Assembly: GCA_965219995.1 (NCBI GenBank)
Contig: CBDCOX010000002.1
Location: forward strand, 2,880,001 to 2,944,000
DNA from: Candidatus Latescibacterota bacterium
GTDB taxonomy: Bacteria; Latescibacterota; UBA2968; GCA-2709665
Length of the DNA stretch: 64,000 nucleotides
Reading direction: 5' to 3'
Part shown: one piece after another, positions 32,040-42,316 of the stretch
Layout: each line of letters begins with the position of its first letter
Position numbering within the stretch: position 1 is the first letter of the stretch
The notes under the pieces: generated by a model
Told to the model about the DNA's origin: nothing
What the model saw: only the letters and a program-made list of their open reading frames with translations
Databases searched by the model: none
Made by a program: the position numbers and the translations under genes

Positions 32040-32129
32040 CTGAATGAGGTATCTTCTCCACCAGAGAGCTGCGTGCAGTGTTCTGTAGACGTATCAAGCC
32101 GCTTACCACCACATCCGACGGAGGAACCA

Positions 32130-35100
32130 ATGTGTCATCAAATCAGGTCGCTGGGTCCGACTGTCGTCCTGTATATCTGTTTGCTTACAGCATCGGACTC
32201 CGCATTCGCCCGGACCGACCTGCAGTTCAAGTTGCTGGGCGTCCATCATTCGGGGGTCTACGATGAAGGCGCTGCCGAGATTTCCGCATACGATCCGGCC
32301 ACCCATCGCCTGTTCGTTGTCAATGCCAACGCGGCAACGATCGACATCGTCGATATCAGCGAGCCATCCGATCCATCCCTTGTAAATTCAATCAGGGTCT
32401 CCGGTTATGGCGCCGCCGTGAACAGCGTCGCGGCCATGAACGGTATCGTGGCGGTTGCGGTGGAAGCCGAACGCGTTCAGGACCCCGGCAAGGTCGTTTT
32501 CTTCGACGCCGACGGCGCCGTTCTCAATAGCGTGCATGTGGGTGTCCTGCCGGACATGCTCACATTCTCTCCGGATGGCACGCGGGTTCTGGTGGCCAAC
32601 GAAGGGCAGCCCGGCCCGGACTATGCGATCGATCCGGAAGGGAGCGTGAGTATCATCGACCTGTCCGGCGGACCGGGAGCGGCCTCGGTCACCCACGTTA
32701 CATTTGCCTCCTTTAATGGACAGGAGGCCCGGCTTCGCAGTCAGGGCGTGCGTATCTTCGGTCCGGGCGCAAGCGCCGCCCAGGACCTGGAACCGGAATA
32801 CATCGCCCTGACTCCCGACGGTTCATCCGCGTTCGTTGCATTGCAGGAGAACAACGCCCTGGCTGTGGTGGACGTCGCCGCGGCGTCCGTATCAGCGATC
32901 ATACCGCTCGGCTTCAAGGACCACGGCACGCCGGACAACGCGCTCGATGCCAGCGATAGAGATGGCGGCATCCTGATTCGAGAGTGGCCGGTGCTCGGCA
33001 TGTACCAGCCGGACGCAATCGCCGCGTTTGAATCCGGAGGTCGGACATTTGTGATTTCGGCGAACGAGGGGGACTCGCGGGACTATGACGGCTTCAGCGA
33101 AGAAGCCCGCGTTGCCGACCTCATGCTGGATCCCACGGCGTTTCCCAACGCCGCAAGCCTGCAGGATGACGCGCACCTGGGCAGGCTGAAGACGACCACG
33201 AGCCTGGGTGACGGCGACGGCGACGGCGACCACGATCGGCTGTTCGCCTACGGCGGCCGGTCTTTTTCCATCTGGGATGCCAGAGGAAATCTCGTATTCG
33301 ACAGTGGTGACGACTTCGAACGCCGTCTGGCGGATCTGATTCCCGAAGACTTCAACGCCAACAACGATGAAAACGGGTCGTTCGACAGCCGCAGCGACGA
33401 CAAGGGCCCCGAACCCGAGGCCGTGGTTACGGGAACCATCGACAACCGCGTCTACGCCTTCATCGGCCTTGAGCGGGTCGGCGGCGTCATGGTTTACGAT
33501 ATCTCCCTGCCTTCCGCGCCCACGTTCGTCACGTACGTCAACAACAGGGATTTCTCGGCCCGTTTCGACCCGGATGACGCCACCCGCGGCGACCTTGTCC
33601 GCACGGGGGACCTGGGCCCCGAAGGTCTCATCTTCATACCCGCCGCGGACGGCCCGACAGGTGAGCACCTGCTGGCCGTCTCCAACGAGGTGAGCGGATC
33701 GGTCTCCATCTTTCAAATTGTGACGCCCGCGACGCCGGCCCGCGAGTTTACACTCACCATTCTGCACAACAACGACGGCGAATCCCAATTGATAAATGCC
33801 GGCGAAGGGCTGGAGGACTTTGGCGGCGTTGACCGATTCAAGGCGCTGGTAGATCGGCTCAAAGCCGAAGCGCGGATGGACGGCGGGGTGATCATGGTCT
33901 CGTCGGGGGATAACTTCCTCGCGGGCCCGGAGTTCAACGTCAGCCTACGGCGCCCCGAATCCGCCCCCTTCTACGACGCCCTGGCGATGGACCTGATCGG
34001 GTACGATGCCGTCTGCATCGGCAACCACGACTTCGACTTCGGACCGGACGTCCTGGCCAGGTTCATTGCCGGGTACAGCCGCACCCGCCCGCCATATCTC
34101 AGTGCCAACCTCGACTTCGGGGACGAACCGGAACTGGCGGATCTCGTCGCTTCCGGCCGGATTTCCGGGAGCGCGGTCGTCAGAGTCGCCGGCCAACATA
34201 TCGGCATCGTGGGCGCCACGACCCCCGACCTGGCGTTCATCTCCAGTCCACGCAACGTGAGGGTGGACGGCCGGCTGCGGGAAGCCATCCAGGCCGAAGT
34301 GAACGGGCTGGCGCTACGCGGCGTGAACATTGTCGTTCTGATCAGCCACCTCCAGTCCATCAACAACGATCTGGAACTCGCCCGGCAATTGCGGGGCGTG
34401 GACGTCGTGATTGCGGGTGGCGGCGACGACATCCTGGCGAATCCCGGCGCCCGTCTCATTCCCGGCGACGAAGCCGGGATATCCGGACCGTACCCGATAC
34501 TCGAACAGGGCGCTGACGGGAACGACGTCCGCGTTGTCACCACCGCGGGGAATTATCGATACGTGGGCCGGTTCGTGGCCGGTTTCAATGCTGCCGGCGT
34601 CATTGCGTCTGTCGACCGGAACGCCAGCGGACCGGTGCGGGTGGCCGGCGGCGATCAGCCGGATGCCGCGGACCCCGACGCGGAAGTCCGGAAACGGGTC
34701 GTCGCCCCGGTCATCGATGCCCTTGCTTCCCTTGCTTCCAATCCGGTGGGCACGTCGAGCGTTGTGCTCGACGGCGCGAGGCGTAGAATTCGGACCCGGG
34801 AGACCAACGAAGGCAACCTGGTGGCCGACGCCCTCCGATGGCAGAGCGCACAGCTTGCCTCGTCTTTCGGCGTTCCCGTTCCACAGGTCGGCATCGTGAA
34901 CGGAGGGGGAATACGCAACGCCGGCGAAATTCCCGCAGGCGTGATATCCGAACTCACGACCTTCGATATGCTGCCATTTCCCAACTTCGTCACCGTCGTG
35001 CCCGCCGTTCCCGCGGCACAGTTCAGGGAAATCATGGAGAACGCGGTCTCGAAGGTGGAAGAAACCTCGGGGCGATTCGCCCAGATTTCGGGCTTCGCAA

Positions 35101-36065
35101 TGGTCTGGAATCCCGATGGCGTCGCCCAGGAACTGGATGAGAGCGGAAACGTCACGCGACGCGGCGGCCGGATCGTCAACATTACCCTCGACACGGGCGC
35201 AGGCATCGTCGAAAACGGAAACGTCGTATCCGGCGCGCCGGACATTCACGTGGCAACCGTTGACTTCCTCGCCAGGGGCGGTGACCAGTACCCCTATCGG
35301 GGCGCCCGCTTCACTCGTCTGGGCGTGACCTACCAGCAGGCGCTTGTCAATTTCATCAGGGAGGCCCTCGACGGCCGCATCACGGCGGCGGCGTATCCGG
35401 CAGGGGGACGTCGCCGGATTACCACCGGGCAACCGGCGCCGGCGGACGGCCCGAACGTCCGGAGTCGTTCTGTCGTACACGTCATCCTCACGGGAGACGT
35501 CGGGCCGGTACCGGACGCCCGGGTCGAGTTTTCCCGTGCCATCTCCGGCCGCGCGAAGGACTACCGGTGGACGGGAACAACCGATGCCGAAGGCCGCGCA
35601 ACGATAGAAATCCGACCTGAAAGCCGCCGAAGCGTCTCGGGGTACTACGCGGTTCGTGCAGTGGATATCACGGGCAATACGATCTCCAAATGGGAGAGCG
35701 TCCCGATCAACAGCGGGCGGGAAATCACACTCGTCCTGCCGGTGGGTGGCGTCGCCCGCGTGGAGGAGGAACAACTGCCGGCTGCGGAACCCCTGGCGCT
35801 TTACGCGAACACCCCCAACCCGTTCAACCCTTCCACCCGGATTGCCTACCGGATCCCCGAGCCCGGGCAGGTCGCCCTCACGGTTTACAACCTGCTGGGC
35901 CAGCAGGTCCGGGTTCTGGTAAGGGATCACCAGAGCCCGGGCCGGTACGAGGTCCAGTGGGACGGAAGGGACGGGGTCGGGCGTTCCGTTTCCAGCGGCG
36001 TTTATTACTACAGATTGGCGCATCCGGGCGGCACCCTCACCAATCGCATGCTCCTGGTCAAATAA
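32130..36065 (+). CDS. Secreted fusion: choice-of-anchor I alkaline phosphatase-like propeller + 5'-nucleotidase + FlgD-Ig/sorting-like C-terminal domain
   Basis: GAAEISAY, ANEGQP, DLEPEYI, RSDDKGPEPE, FIGLERVGG; LHNNDGES, SGDNF, GNHDFD, GRFAQISG; NTPNPFNPSTRIAY...VYNLLGQ; ATG after GGAGG. Confidence 0.85.
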   Translation: MCHQIRSLGPTVVLYICLLTASDSAFARTDLQFKLLGVHHSGVYDEGAAEISAYDPATHRLFVVNANAATIDIVDISEPSDPSLVNSIRVSGYGAAVNSVAAMNGIVAVAVEAERVQDPGKVVFFDADGAVLNSVHVGVLPDMLTFSPDGTRVLVANEGQPGPDYAIDPEGSVSIIDLSGGPGAASVTHVTFASFNGQEARLRSQGVRIFGPGASAAQDLEPEYIALTPDGSSAFVALQENNALAVVDVAAASVSAIIPLGFKDHGTPDNALDASDRDGGILIREWPVLGMYQPDAIAAFESGGRTFVISANEGDSRDYDGFSEEARVADLMLDPTAFPNAASLQDDAHLGRLKTTTSLGDGDGDGDHDRLFAYGGRSFSIWDARGNLVFDSGDDFERRLADLIPEDFNANNDENGSFDSRSDDKGPEPEAVVTGTIDNRVYAFIGLERVGGVMVYDISLPSAPTFVTYVNNRDFSARFDPDDATRGDLVRTGDLGPEGLIFIPAADGPTGEHLLAVSNEVSGSVSIFQIVTPATPAREFTLTILHNNDGESQLINAGEGLEDFGGVDRFKALVDRLKAEARMDGGVIMVSSGDNFLAGPEFNVSLRRPESAPFYDALAMDLIGYDAVCIGNHDFDFGPDVLARFIAGYSRTRPPYLSANLDFGDEPELADLVASGRISGSAVVRVAGQHIGIVGATTPDLAFISSPRNVRVDGRLREAIQAEVNGLALRGVNIVVLISHLQSINNDLELARQLRGVDVVIAGGGDDILANPGARLIPGDEAGISGPYPILEQGADGNDVRVVTTAGNYRYVGRFVAGFNAAGVIASVDRNASGPVRVAGGDQPDAADPDAEVRKRVVAPVIDALASLASNPVGTSSVVLDGARRRIRTRETNEGNLVADALRWQSAQLASSFGVPVPQVGIVNGGGIRNAGEIPAGVISELTTFDMLPFPNFVTVVPAVPAAQFREIMENAVSKVEETSGRFAQISGFAMVWNPDGVAQELDESGNVTRRGGRIVNITLDTGAGIVENGNVVSGAPDIHVATVDFLARGGDQYPYRGARFTRLGVTYQQALVNFIREALDGRITAAAYPAGGRRRITTGQPAPADGPNVRSRSVVHVILTGDVGPVPDARVEFSRAISGRAKDYRWTGTTDAEGRATIEIRPESRRSVSGYYAVRAVDITGNTISKWESVPINSGREITLVLPVGGVARVEEEQLPAAEPLALYANTPNPFNPSTRIAYRIPEPGQVALTVYNLLGQQVRVLVRDHQSPGRYEVQWDGRDGVGRSVSSGVYYYRLAHPGGTLTNRMLLVK

Positions 36066-36097
36066 CGGTCGGCACAGACCTGGCGCACAGTCAAAAA

Positions 36098-36129
36098 AAC
36101 CGGGCGATCGACATACCGATCGCCCGGTT
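36098..36129. terminator. Terminator-like hairpin
   Basis: AACCGGGCGATCG-acatac-CGATCGCCCGGTT, preceded by an A tract. Confidence 0.7.
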
Positions 36130-36333
36130 CAACTTGCAGAGACCGCGCCGAACGTCTCGCTACGGGCATCTCCCGGTGTGTTGTCCGCGAAATCACCTGA
36201 TTCCACGGATGGCTGCCTGGAACCCCCATCGGATTCTTCTTACGCGCCGCAATTTCCTTGGTCGGATGTGAACATCTGGCGGTCCTTGTGCGCAAGATGC
36301 AGGCCCGTCGGCTGCTTTCCGGCTTCCGTTCAC

Positions 36334-36362
36334 TTGACGAAGGCGTCCGTTTCCGGTATATT
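36334..36362 (+). promoter_or_regulatory. Sigma70-type promoter of the leader peptide operon
   Basis: TTGACG-N17-TATATT. Confidence 0.65.
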
Positions 36363-36409
36363 TTCATGCGAATCCCGGTACGTTCTGTACTCTTCCGGAG
36401 ACGGCAGGG

Positions 36410-36688
36410 ATGTTTTTTTCCTACAAACGGATTCATCCGTTTGTTGTTTTCGCTCTGGCGATATTCGCGGCCTATCTCGCGGTATTTCTGCTTGCCGCGT
36501 ACCCCGGTCACGACCACGACCAGCAACAATGTACTGTCTGCGCCTGGTTCAATAGCCTGAGCTTCGCTTTGCCCGCATTACTGGCGGTGCAGCTCTGCTT
36601 CCTGCACTTCCGTCAATTGTTCTCCTCACGCCGCGCACTTCGCATCTCCTTCCTATTTCCCGAGGAACGCGCTCCACCCGTGTCCTGA
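36410..36688 (+). CDS. DUF2946/CruR/CutF-like leader peptide (signal, HDHD, CxxC, C-terminal RAPP)
   Basis: Hydrophobic N-terminus, HDHDQQQCTVC, ends ERAPPVS; lies between the promoter and the lipoprotein-TBDT genes. Confidence 0.75.
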   Translation: MFFSYKRIHPFVVFALAIFAAYLAVFLLAAYPGHDHDQQQCTVCAWFNSLSFALPALLAVQLCFLHFRQLFSSRRALRISFLFPEERAPPVS

Positions 36689-36995
36689 ACCATCCTCCCG
36701 TGTCGTCAAGACGCACCCTTCGACGTTTCAACATTGATTCCAACTTAAGTGACTCCGGCTCGGGGCTTGCCCGAATCCGTACATGCGGGGATGCGGGATT
36801 ATCGTGCGTTCGAGTGGCCTTTAGTCCTTAGGGATCGGCATTGTGCCATCCCGGCTTCTTTCCGGAGGTCATCAGCCGCCCAAGGCATTGGCATGTCGAC
36901 AGATTGTCGACCGATATGAAACACGCCTTCCACTCAGGCGGATGCCCACGCGAGTTTTGCGGCAAAATGAAAAAATGGTATACAGGAGAACATTG

Positions 36996-38246
36996 ATGTT
37001 CAGCGCGCTGAAAATCCAAAGATCCCCTCTGTTAATCGCAGCGGCGGCGGTAGCGGTCATCCTGGCCGGCTGCGGAAAAGAAGACCCCATTACGCCACAG
37101 GAAGAGCATTACGAAGCCGAAGGCCTCGTCCTCCTCGACTCCGGCCAGCGATTCTTCCGGTATTTCCAGGGCAGGATCGACTCGGGCGACGGCCGGGCGG
37201 AAGCCCTGGAAGTCCATCACGGCGAAGTCACCGCCAAGTGGAACATCCGCTTCCTGGACGGGGACGGAAACGAAATGGCGCCCCCCACCGGCGAGGGATT
37301 CACTTTCACCTGGGAGATTGAGGACAGGTCAATTGTCGAAGTCGTCCAGGACGAGGGGGAAGCGGGTAAATTCGTCTTTGCCCTGCGCGGCCTGGAAGAT
37401 GGCGAAACCACCATCAGGCTTCAGATCTCGCACGAAGGCCACGTGGACTTCACCACGCTGCCGCTCCCGGTACACGTGGTCGGAGAGTTCGAGGCGGAAG
37501 GGCTTGTCATCATCGAATCCGGCGTTCGATTCTTCCGCTATTTCCAGGGCGAGATCGACTCTGACGAAGGTCGGGTGTCGGAACTCACGGCGCCGATCGG
37601 CCTGACGCCTCACTGGCGCATCGCGTTTCTGGATGAACACGGCGAAGAAATAGACCCGCCGGACGATCCCGAATTCTCGTTCGCCTGGATCATTGCCGAC
37701 TCCGACATCCTCGCAGTCCACCAGGACGAGGGCGACGAGGGCTCGTTCGACTTCCACCTGCGCGGCTTGCACGAGGGCGAGACCACCATTGTATTTGGAG
37801 TCAGACACGAGGGTCACATCGACTTCCGCACACAACCCATCCCCGTGCACGTGGAGTCGCAGGAGGGTCAGCACGAAGAACCCGTGGGCGTGCGGCTCAA
37901 GGAGGAAGACAGCGGTGAGTTGCTCACGCAGGCGCCCTTAAAGGGAGAGGGCACAGCCACCGAAACTCTGACGGTTGCCGCAGGCGACACCACCGACCAC
38001 ATCGCGACCTTCTTCTTCGACGAGCACGACGTGGAATTCCAGCCGGAAGCGCCGGACGAGACGCTGGGCATTGCGGTGGCGGACACCTCGCTGCTCGGAA
38101 TCGATCCGCCCGTAGCGCCCGAATACTGGGCATTCAGACTCATCGGCAAGAAGGCCGGCACGACGACCATTACGCTTTCCATTCTCCACGACGGTGAGGC
38201 CGAGGACGAATTCGCGCCGATTTCCGTGACGATCACCGCACCGTAG
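36996..38246 (+). CDS. Acidic lipoprotein with three tandem ~125-aa repeats and HEGHxDF motifs
   Basis: AGGAG + ATG 36996; lipobox ILAGC; repeated EAEGLV...RFFRYFQG...LRGL..GETT...HEGHxDF. Confidence 0.8.
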   Translation: MFSALKIQRSPLLIAAAAVAVILAGCGKEDPITPQEEHYEAEGLVLLDSGQRFFRYFQGRIDSGDGRAEALEVHHGEVTAKWNIRFLDGDGNEMAPPTGEGFTFTWEIEDRSIVEVVQDEGEAGKFVFALRGLEDGETTIRLQISHEGHVDFTTLPLPVHVVGEFEAEGLVIIESGVRFFRYFQGEIDSDEGRVSELTAPIGLTPHWRIAFLDEHGEEIDPPDDPEFSFAWIIADSDILAVHQDEGDEGSFDFHLRGLHEGETTIVFGVRHEGHIDFRTQPIPVHVESQEGQHEEPVGVRLKEEDSGELLTQAPLKGEGTATETLTVAAGDTTDHIATFFFDEHDVEFQPEAPDETLGIAVADTSLLGIDPPVAPEYWAFRLIGKKAGTTTITLSILHDGEAEDEFAPISVTITAP

Positions 38247-38269
38247 AATGAAACTCGGCGGGAGGACGA

Positions 38270-40588
38270 GTGCCGTCCTCCCGCCGTCTGCAACGCGGGA
38301 GCACGTCCCAGATGGCTGATGTACACCGCATGATGCGACTGCTTCAGGGCGGCGCCGCCAACCCCTGTTCCGGCAGCCGGTTGTTCGTTGTCGGAGCGGT
38401 GCTGGCGCTGCTGTCCCCGGCCTTTCTTGCGGGCATTGGTTGGACGGATCAGCCTGTGTTGATCGAAGGGTACGTCTTCGACAGCGAGTCCGGACTGCCC
38501 ATCCGGAACGTGAACGTCCAGCCCGCGGGTCCCGCCGCAGGCACGTCTACCGACGAAAAGGGCCGGTTCGTGCTCCATCTCTCAGGGGGTATATACAGGC
38601 TGTCCTTTACCCACGTCGGCTATCAGGATGCGCACTACGACCTGACCGTCTCTGGGGCAAAGCATCCCGTTGTCTATCAGGAACTGGCGCGACTGGACCT
38701 TAAGCTGGATCCCATCGACGTCGTGGCCAGGCGCACCGAAACCCGGTTTGACGAACTCCAGCAGGCCACCCGCGTGCTTTCGGGCGACGAACTCCGGAAG
38801 AAATACAGCATGACGCTGGCCGAAACCATGAAGAACGAACTCGGAGTGGCCATCCGCAGCATGGGTCCGGCGCCCGCCCGTCCGGTCATCCGCGGCCTCA
38901 GCGGCGACCGCGTCCAGATCAACGTCGACGGCATCGAGTCGCAGGACCTCTCATCCACGTCCGCGGACCACGCCGTGACGGTGGAGACGTTCAACGCGGA
39001 ACGGCTGGAAATCATCCGCGGACCCCGAACGCTGCTGCACACGTCTTCGGCCGGCGGCGGCGTTATCAACGTCGTCAAGCACAAGATTCCGGAAATCCGT
39101 CCGGAGCGCTTCTTCGGGAGCGTGGGCGCCTACGGGGAAACGGCGAACCGGGGTTATTTCTCGTCCGCCGCCCTCACCGCGCCCATTGGGCCGCTCGCGC
39201 TATATGCCGAATCCACGTACCGGGATACCCGGGACATCCAGACCCCGGTCGGCAAACTCGCCAATACGCCCATCAACACCCATACCTATACACTCGGACT
39301 GTCCTATGCGCGCGACCGGGGTTATATCGGCGCTTCTTTCGATCAGTTCGAAACGCAATACGGCATTCCAGGCGGATTCATCGGCGCGCATCCCAACGGC
39401 GCGGACCTGGATATCGTACGGCGGGTCTTCGACGGGAAGGCGGTCTACCGGTTCGACGGCGGGACAGCAGACAGGTTCGAGGCGGGCTTCACGAAGGCCT
39501 ATTACTACCACGTCGAGTACGAGTCAAGCGGCAGCATCGGATCCGAGTTCCTCTTTCATGACTACAGTGGAGAACTCAAACTCTACCTGAACACGGGAAA
39601 CCAGGAGCAAAACACCGTTCTCTCTTCCGGTTTTCAACACCGGAACCTGAAACTGGGCGCTTTTGTCTTCACGCCGCCCACGCGAAAGCAGGACCTCAAC
39701 GTCGGGTTGTATCACGAGACGACCTACCGCAATATCGAACTTCAGGCCGCCGCCCGGTACAACTATGCCACCTTCGACCCGCGCCTCCAGACGATCACCA
39801 ACAAGAGCCTGGACATAGACCGCACCTTCCATACATGGTCCGCGGCCTTCAGTCCGCTCGTGCCGGTCACCGACCAGCTGACAGCAGGCGTGAGCCTCAG
39901 CCGTTCCCAGCGCGCCCCCACCATCGAGGAACTCTACAACGAGGGACCGCACCTGGCTGCTTACACCTTTGAGATTGGCAATGTCGAACTCAATGCCGAG
40001 CGCAGTTTCGGCCTGGAGGCCTTCCTCCACTTTCTGCAACCGGGCTTCGATCTGGTCTTCACCGGATTCTGGAACGAGTTCGGCAATTACATCGCGCCTC
40101 GAAACACCGGAGAAATCAACTATGCGCAACTCCTCCCCATCTACGCTGCCGAAGGTATCGACGCGAGAATGACGGGCGTGGAAAGCCACATGAAGTGGCG
40201 TCCGAACGCGCGCCTCGAACTGGAAATGAACCTGAGCCACGTGCGCGGCGAAAACCGGGACGAACGGATGCCCCTTCCCGAAATGCCGCCCCTGAAGTTC
40301 GTGGGCAGCGCGACCTACCGGCACCCAATGCTGACCGGGGGAGGAACCGTGGAATGGGCCGCGGGACAGAAACGCGTGGATACGTACGAAGACCCCACCT
40401 CCGGTTATTCCGTCTTCGGCGTTTACATACAGCGCGACTTCCTCGCGAATCAGGCGCGCCACAGCGTGATCCTCTCCCTTGAGAATCTCTTCGACACGGA
40501 ATACCGGAATCACCTGTCGCGCATCCGCTCGGTGATGCCCGAAACGGGCCGGAGCCTGAAGTTGAACTACAGGATGTATTTCTTCTAG
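38270..40588 (+). CDS. TonB-dependent receptor, ZnuD-like, with N-terminal carboxypeptidase-regulatory-like domain
   Basis: ARPVIRGLSGDRV, ADHAV, EIIRGP, RAPTIEELYNEGPH, ENLFDTEYRNHLSR, terminal Phe; start uncertain. Confidence 0.85.
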   Translation: MPSSRRLQRGSTSQMADVHRMMRLLQGGAANPCSGSRLFVVGAVLALLSPAFLAGIGWTDQPVLIEGYVFDSESGLPIRNVNVQPAGPAAGTSTDEKGRFVLHLSGGIYRLSFTHVGYQDAHYDLTVSGAKHPVVYQELARLDLKLDPIDVVARRTETRFDELQQATRVLSGDELRKKYSMTLAETMKNELGVAIRSMGPAPARPVIRGLSGDRVQINVDGIESQDLSSTSADHAVTVETFNAERLEIIRGPRTLLHTSSAGGGVINVVKHKIPEIRPERFFGSVGAYGETANRGYFSSAALTAPIGPLALYAESTYRDTRDIQTPVGKLANTPINTHTYTLGLSYARDRGYIGASFDQFETQYGIPGGFIGAHPNGADLDIVRRVFDGKAVYRFDGGTADRFEAGFTKAYYYHVEYESSGSIGSEFLFHDYSGELKLYLNTGNQEQNTVLSSGFQHRNLKLGAFVFTPPTRKQDLNVGLYHETTYRNIELQAAARYNYATFDPRLQTITNKSLDIDRTFHTWSAAFSPLVPVTDQLTAGVSLSRSQRAPTIEELYNEGPHLAAYTFEIGNVELNAERSFGLEAFLHFLQPGFDLVFTGFWNEFGNYIAPRNTGEINYAQLLPIYAAEGIDARMTGVESHMKWRPNARLELEMNLSHVRGENRDERMPLPEMPPLKFVGSATYRHPMLTGGGTVEWAAGQKRVDTYEDPTSGYSVFGVYIQRDFLANQARHSVILSLENLFDTEYRNHLSRIRSVMPETGRSLKLNYRMYFF

Positions 40589-40664
40589 TTTCGAGCAGGC
40601 AACTGCAGCGATTGCGCACGCCACTCCCTCCGATCATGGCAGAGTGATATTCCCCTGAAACGCA

Positions 40665-40705
40665 GAGCCCCGGACCCAAACGCCGATCCGGGGCTTGCAC
40701 TTTTT
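40665..40705 (+). terminator. Intrinsic terminator after the TBDT gene
   Basis: AGCCCCGGA...TCCGGGGCT followed by TGCACTTTTT. Confidence 0.55.
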
Positions 40706-40797
40706 GATGCCACGCTTTATCTTTTGGAGACCGGAAATCGTGACAATTACGATTCAGTATGCACTCACCATTCCATCGAAAACACTCGAGGTACTCT

Positions 40798-41040
40798 ATG
40801 GCTGAATCAATGATTGATAAGGATGGCCACCTCAGGTTGCCCAAGGAAGTCCGGGAGCACCTGCATTTGAATCCAGGAGATCGACTCAATCTTGTCATTC
40901 AGGACAATGGAGACGTGGTCATAAAACCAAATATGCGAGACGTTCGAGATCTGAAGGGAATTCTGACTCCGGCTTCGCAGTCAGTCACCATTGAGGATAT
41001 GAATCGGGCTATTCGGCAACGAGGCAGCCATACACAATGA
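40798..41040 (+). CDS. AbrB/MazE-family antitoxin
   Basis: KDGHLRLPKEVREHLHLNPGDRL; ATGA overlap with the PIN gene. Confidence 0.85.
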   Translation: MAESMIDKDGHLRLPKEVREHLHLNPGDRLNLVIQDNGDVVIKPNMRDVRDLKGILTPASQSVTIEDMNRAIRQRGSHTQ

Positions 41041-41423
41041 TTGGGCTGGATACAAACGTACTGGTTCGTTATCTAACACAAGATGACCCGGAACAGTCGA
41101 GAATTGCAACACGAGAAATCGAAACGAGTGACGAGTCTTTTTTCATCACAACGACTGGATTGTGCGAGCTCGTTTGGGTCTTGGAAACGGCCTATGGATT
41201 TAACCGATCGGCAATTTCGCACACACTGAGCGTAATACTTCAAACACGTCAATTCGTATTTGACGACAAATTACCTCTGGAAAACGCGCTGGACGAATAC
41301 CAACATGAAAAGGGTGATTTTTCGGATTACGTACTTGGCCACAAGAGCAAACTGGCTGGATGCGACAAGACACTCACGTTTGACCGTGCCTTGAAAAATC
41401 ACGCGCTTTTTGAATTATTGTGA
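41037..41423 (+). CDS. vapC: VapC-family PIN toxin
   Basis: MIGLDTNVLVRYL, ELVWVL, DFSD, TLTFD. Confidence 0.85.
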   Translation: MIGLDTNVLVRYLTQDDPEQSRIATREIETSDESFFITTTGLCELVWVLETAYGFNRSAISHTLSVILQTRQFVFDDKLPLENALDEYQHEKGDFSDYVLGHKSKLAGCDKTLTFDRALKNHALFELL

Positions 41424-41557
41424 AGTTGGCATCCTGCTGCCTTTCATTCAAGTCCACGTCAAACTCAGCTTCGCCATCTAAAATGACGCGACGGATCAAC
41501 CTGAACTATAGCGAAACCCTGATTCCTCGATAACGCGTGTCTGAGCTCAGCCAGCCT

Positions 41558-42316
41558 CTAATCCCACCTTTCGGTTCCGTCCAACATCGCACGCCGCATG
41601 ATCGCCTCCGCGGGTCGCGGACACCACTTCCCCAGAAAGGCTGCCGCGCGATTCTTGAAACCCGGAATGACGCGGCGTTTTTTCTTCGTGATCCCATCGA
41701 GAATCTTCTCCGCCAATTCTTCGGGCGGCATGCGTTTTTCTTCCCTTGAACTGTCCGGGCTGTACCTGCGGGCATGGTCGGTGCGCGTTGGGCCGGGAAA
41801 CACCGTCAGGACGTGTATGCCGCACGCCGCGAGCGCGACCGAGAGACTTCGCGCGTAAGACGCCAGCCCGCTCTTGCTCGCCGCGTACGCCGCGGCCCCC
41901 GGATAGCTTACGTAGTGAGAGAGCGAGGAGACGAATACAAGGGAACCGCCGTGCACAATGCGATCGGCAGTCAACAACATCGCCGTCAACACCATGGGCG
42001 CCTGAAAGTTGACCGCGACAACCTTCTCCTGATCCGCCAATCCGACGCTGGGAAATCTCCCGACGGCGCTGATGCCTGCGTTGTGGACCAACACGTCGAT
42101 CGGGTCCATCGCGCCCAGTAGATCGTGGACGCGCGCGATACCTTGATCGGTACTCAGATCGGCCACGATAAAACGAGCTCCCAGCTCCCTTTCCAGAATG
42201 GCCGCGCCTTTCGCATCCACGTCCACGCCGGTGACGGAATACCCCGCGCGAACAAGCCGTCGGGCAAGCGCCTCCCCGATGCCATTCGCCGCACCTGTAA
42301 TGACCGCGTGTTTCAT
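41558..42316 (-). CDS. Short-chain dehydrogenase/reductase
   Basis: TGAANGIG, HNAG, YAASK; ATGA-coupled to the upstream SDR. Confidence 0.85.
   Translation of the reverse strand: MKHAVITGAANGIGEALARRLVRAGYSVTGVDVDAKGAAILERELGARFIVADLSTDQGIARVHDLLGAMDPIDVLVHNAGISAVGRFPSVGLADQEKVVAVNFQAPMVLTAMLLTADRIVHGGSLVFVSSLSHYVSYPGAAAYAASKSGLASYARSLSVALAACGIHVLTVFPGPTRTDHARRYSPDSSREEKRMPPEELAEKILDGITKKKRRVIPGFKNRAAAFLGKWCPRPAEAIMRRAMLDGTERWD

Noticed and set aside
34314-36023. 569-aa minus-strand ORF
   Set aside because: Shadow of the phosphatase/nucleotidase gene in GC-rich DNA
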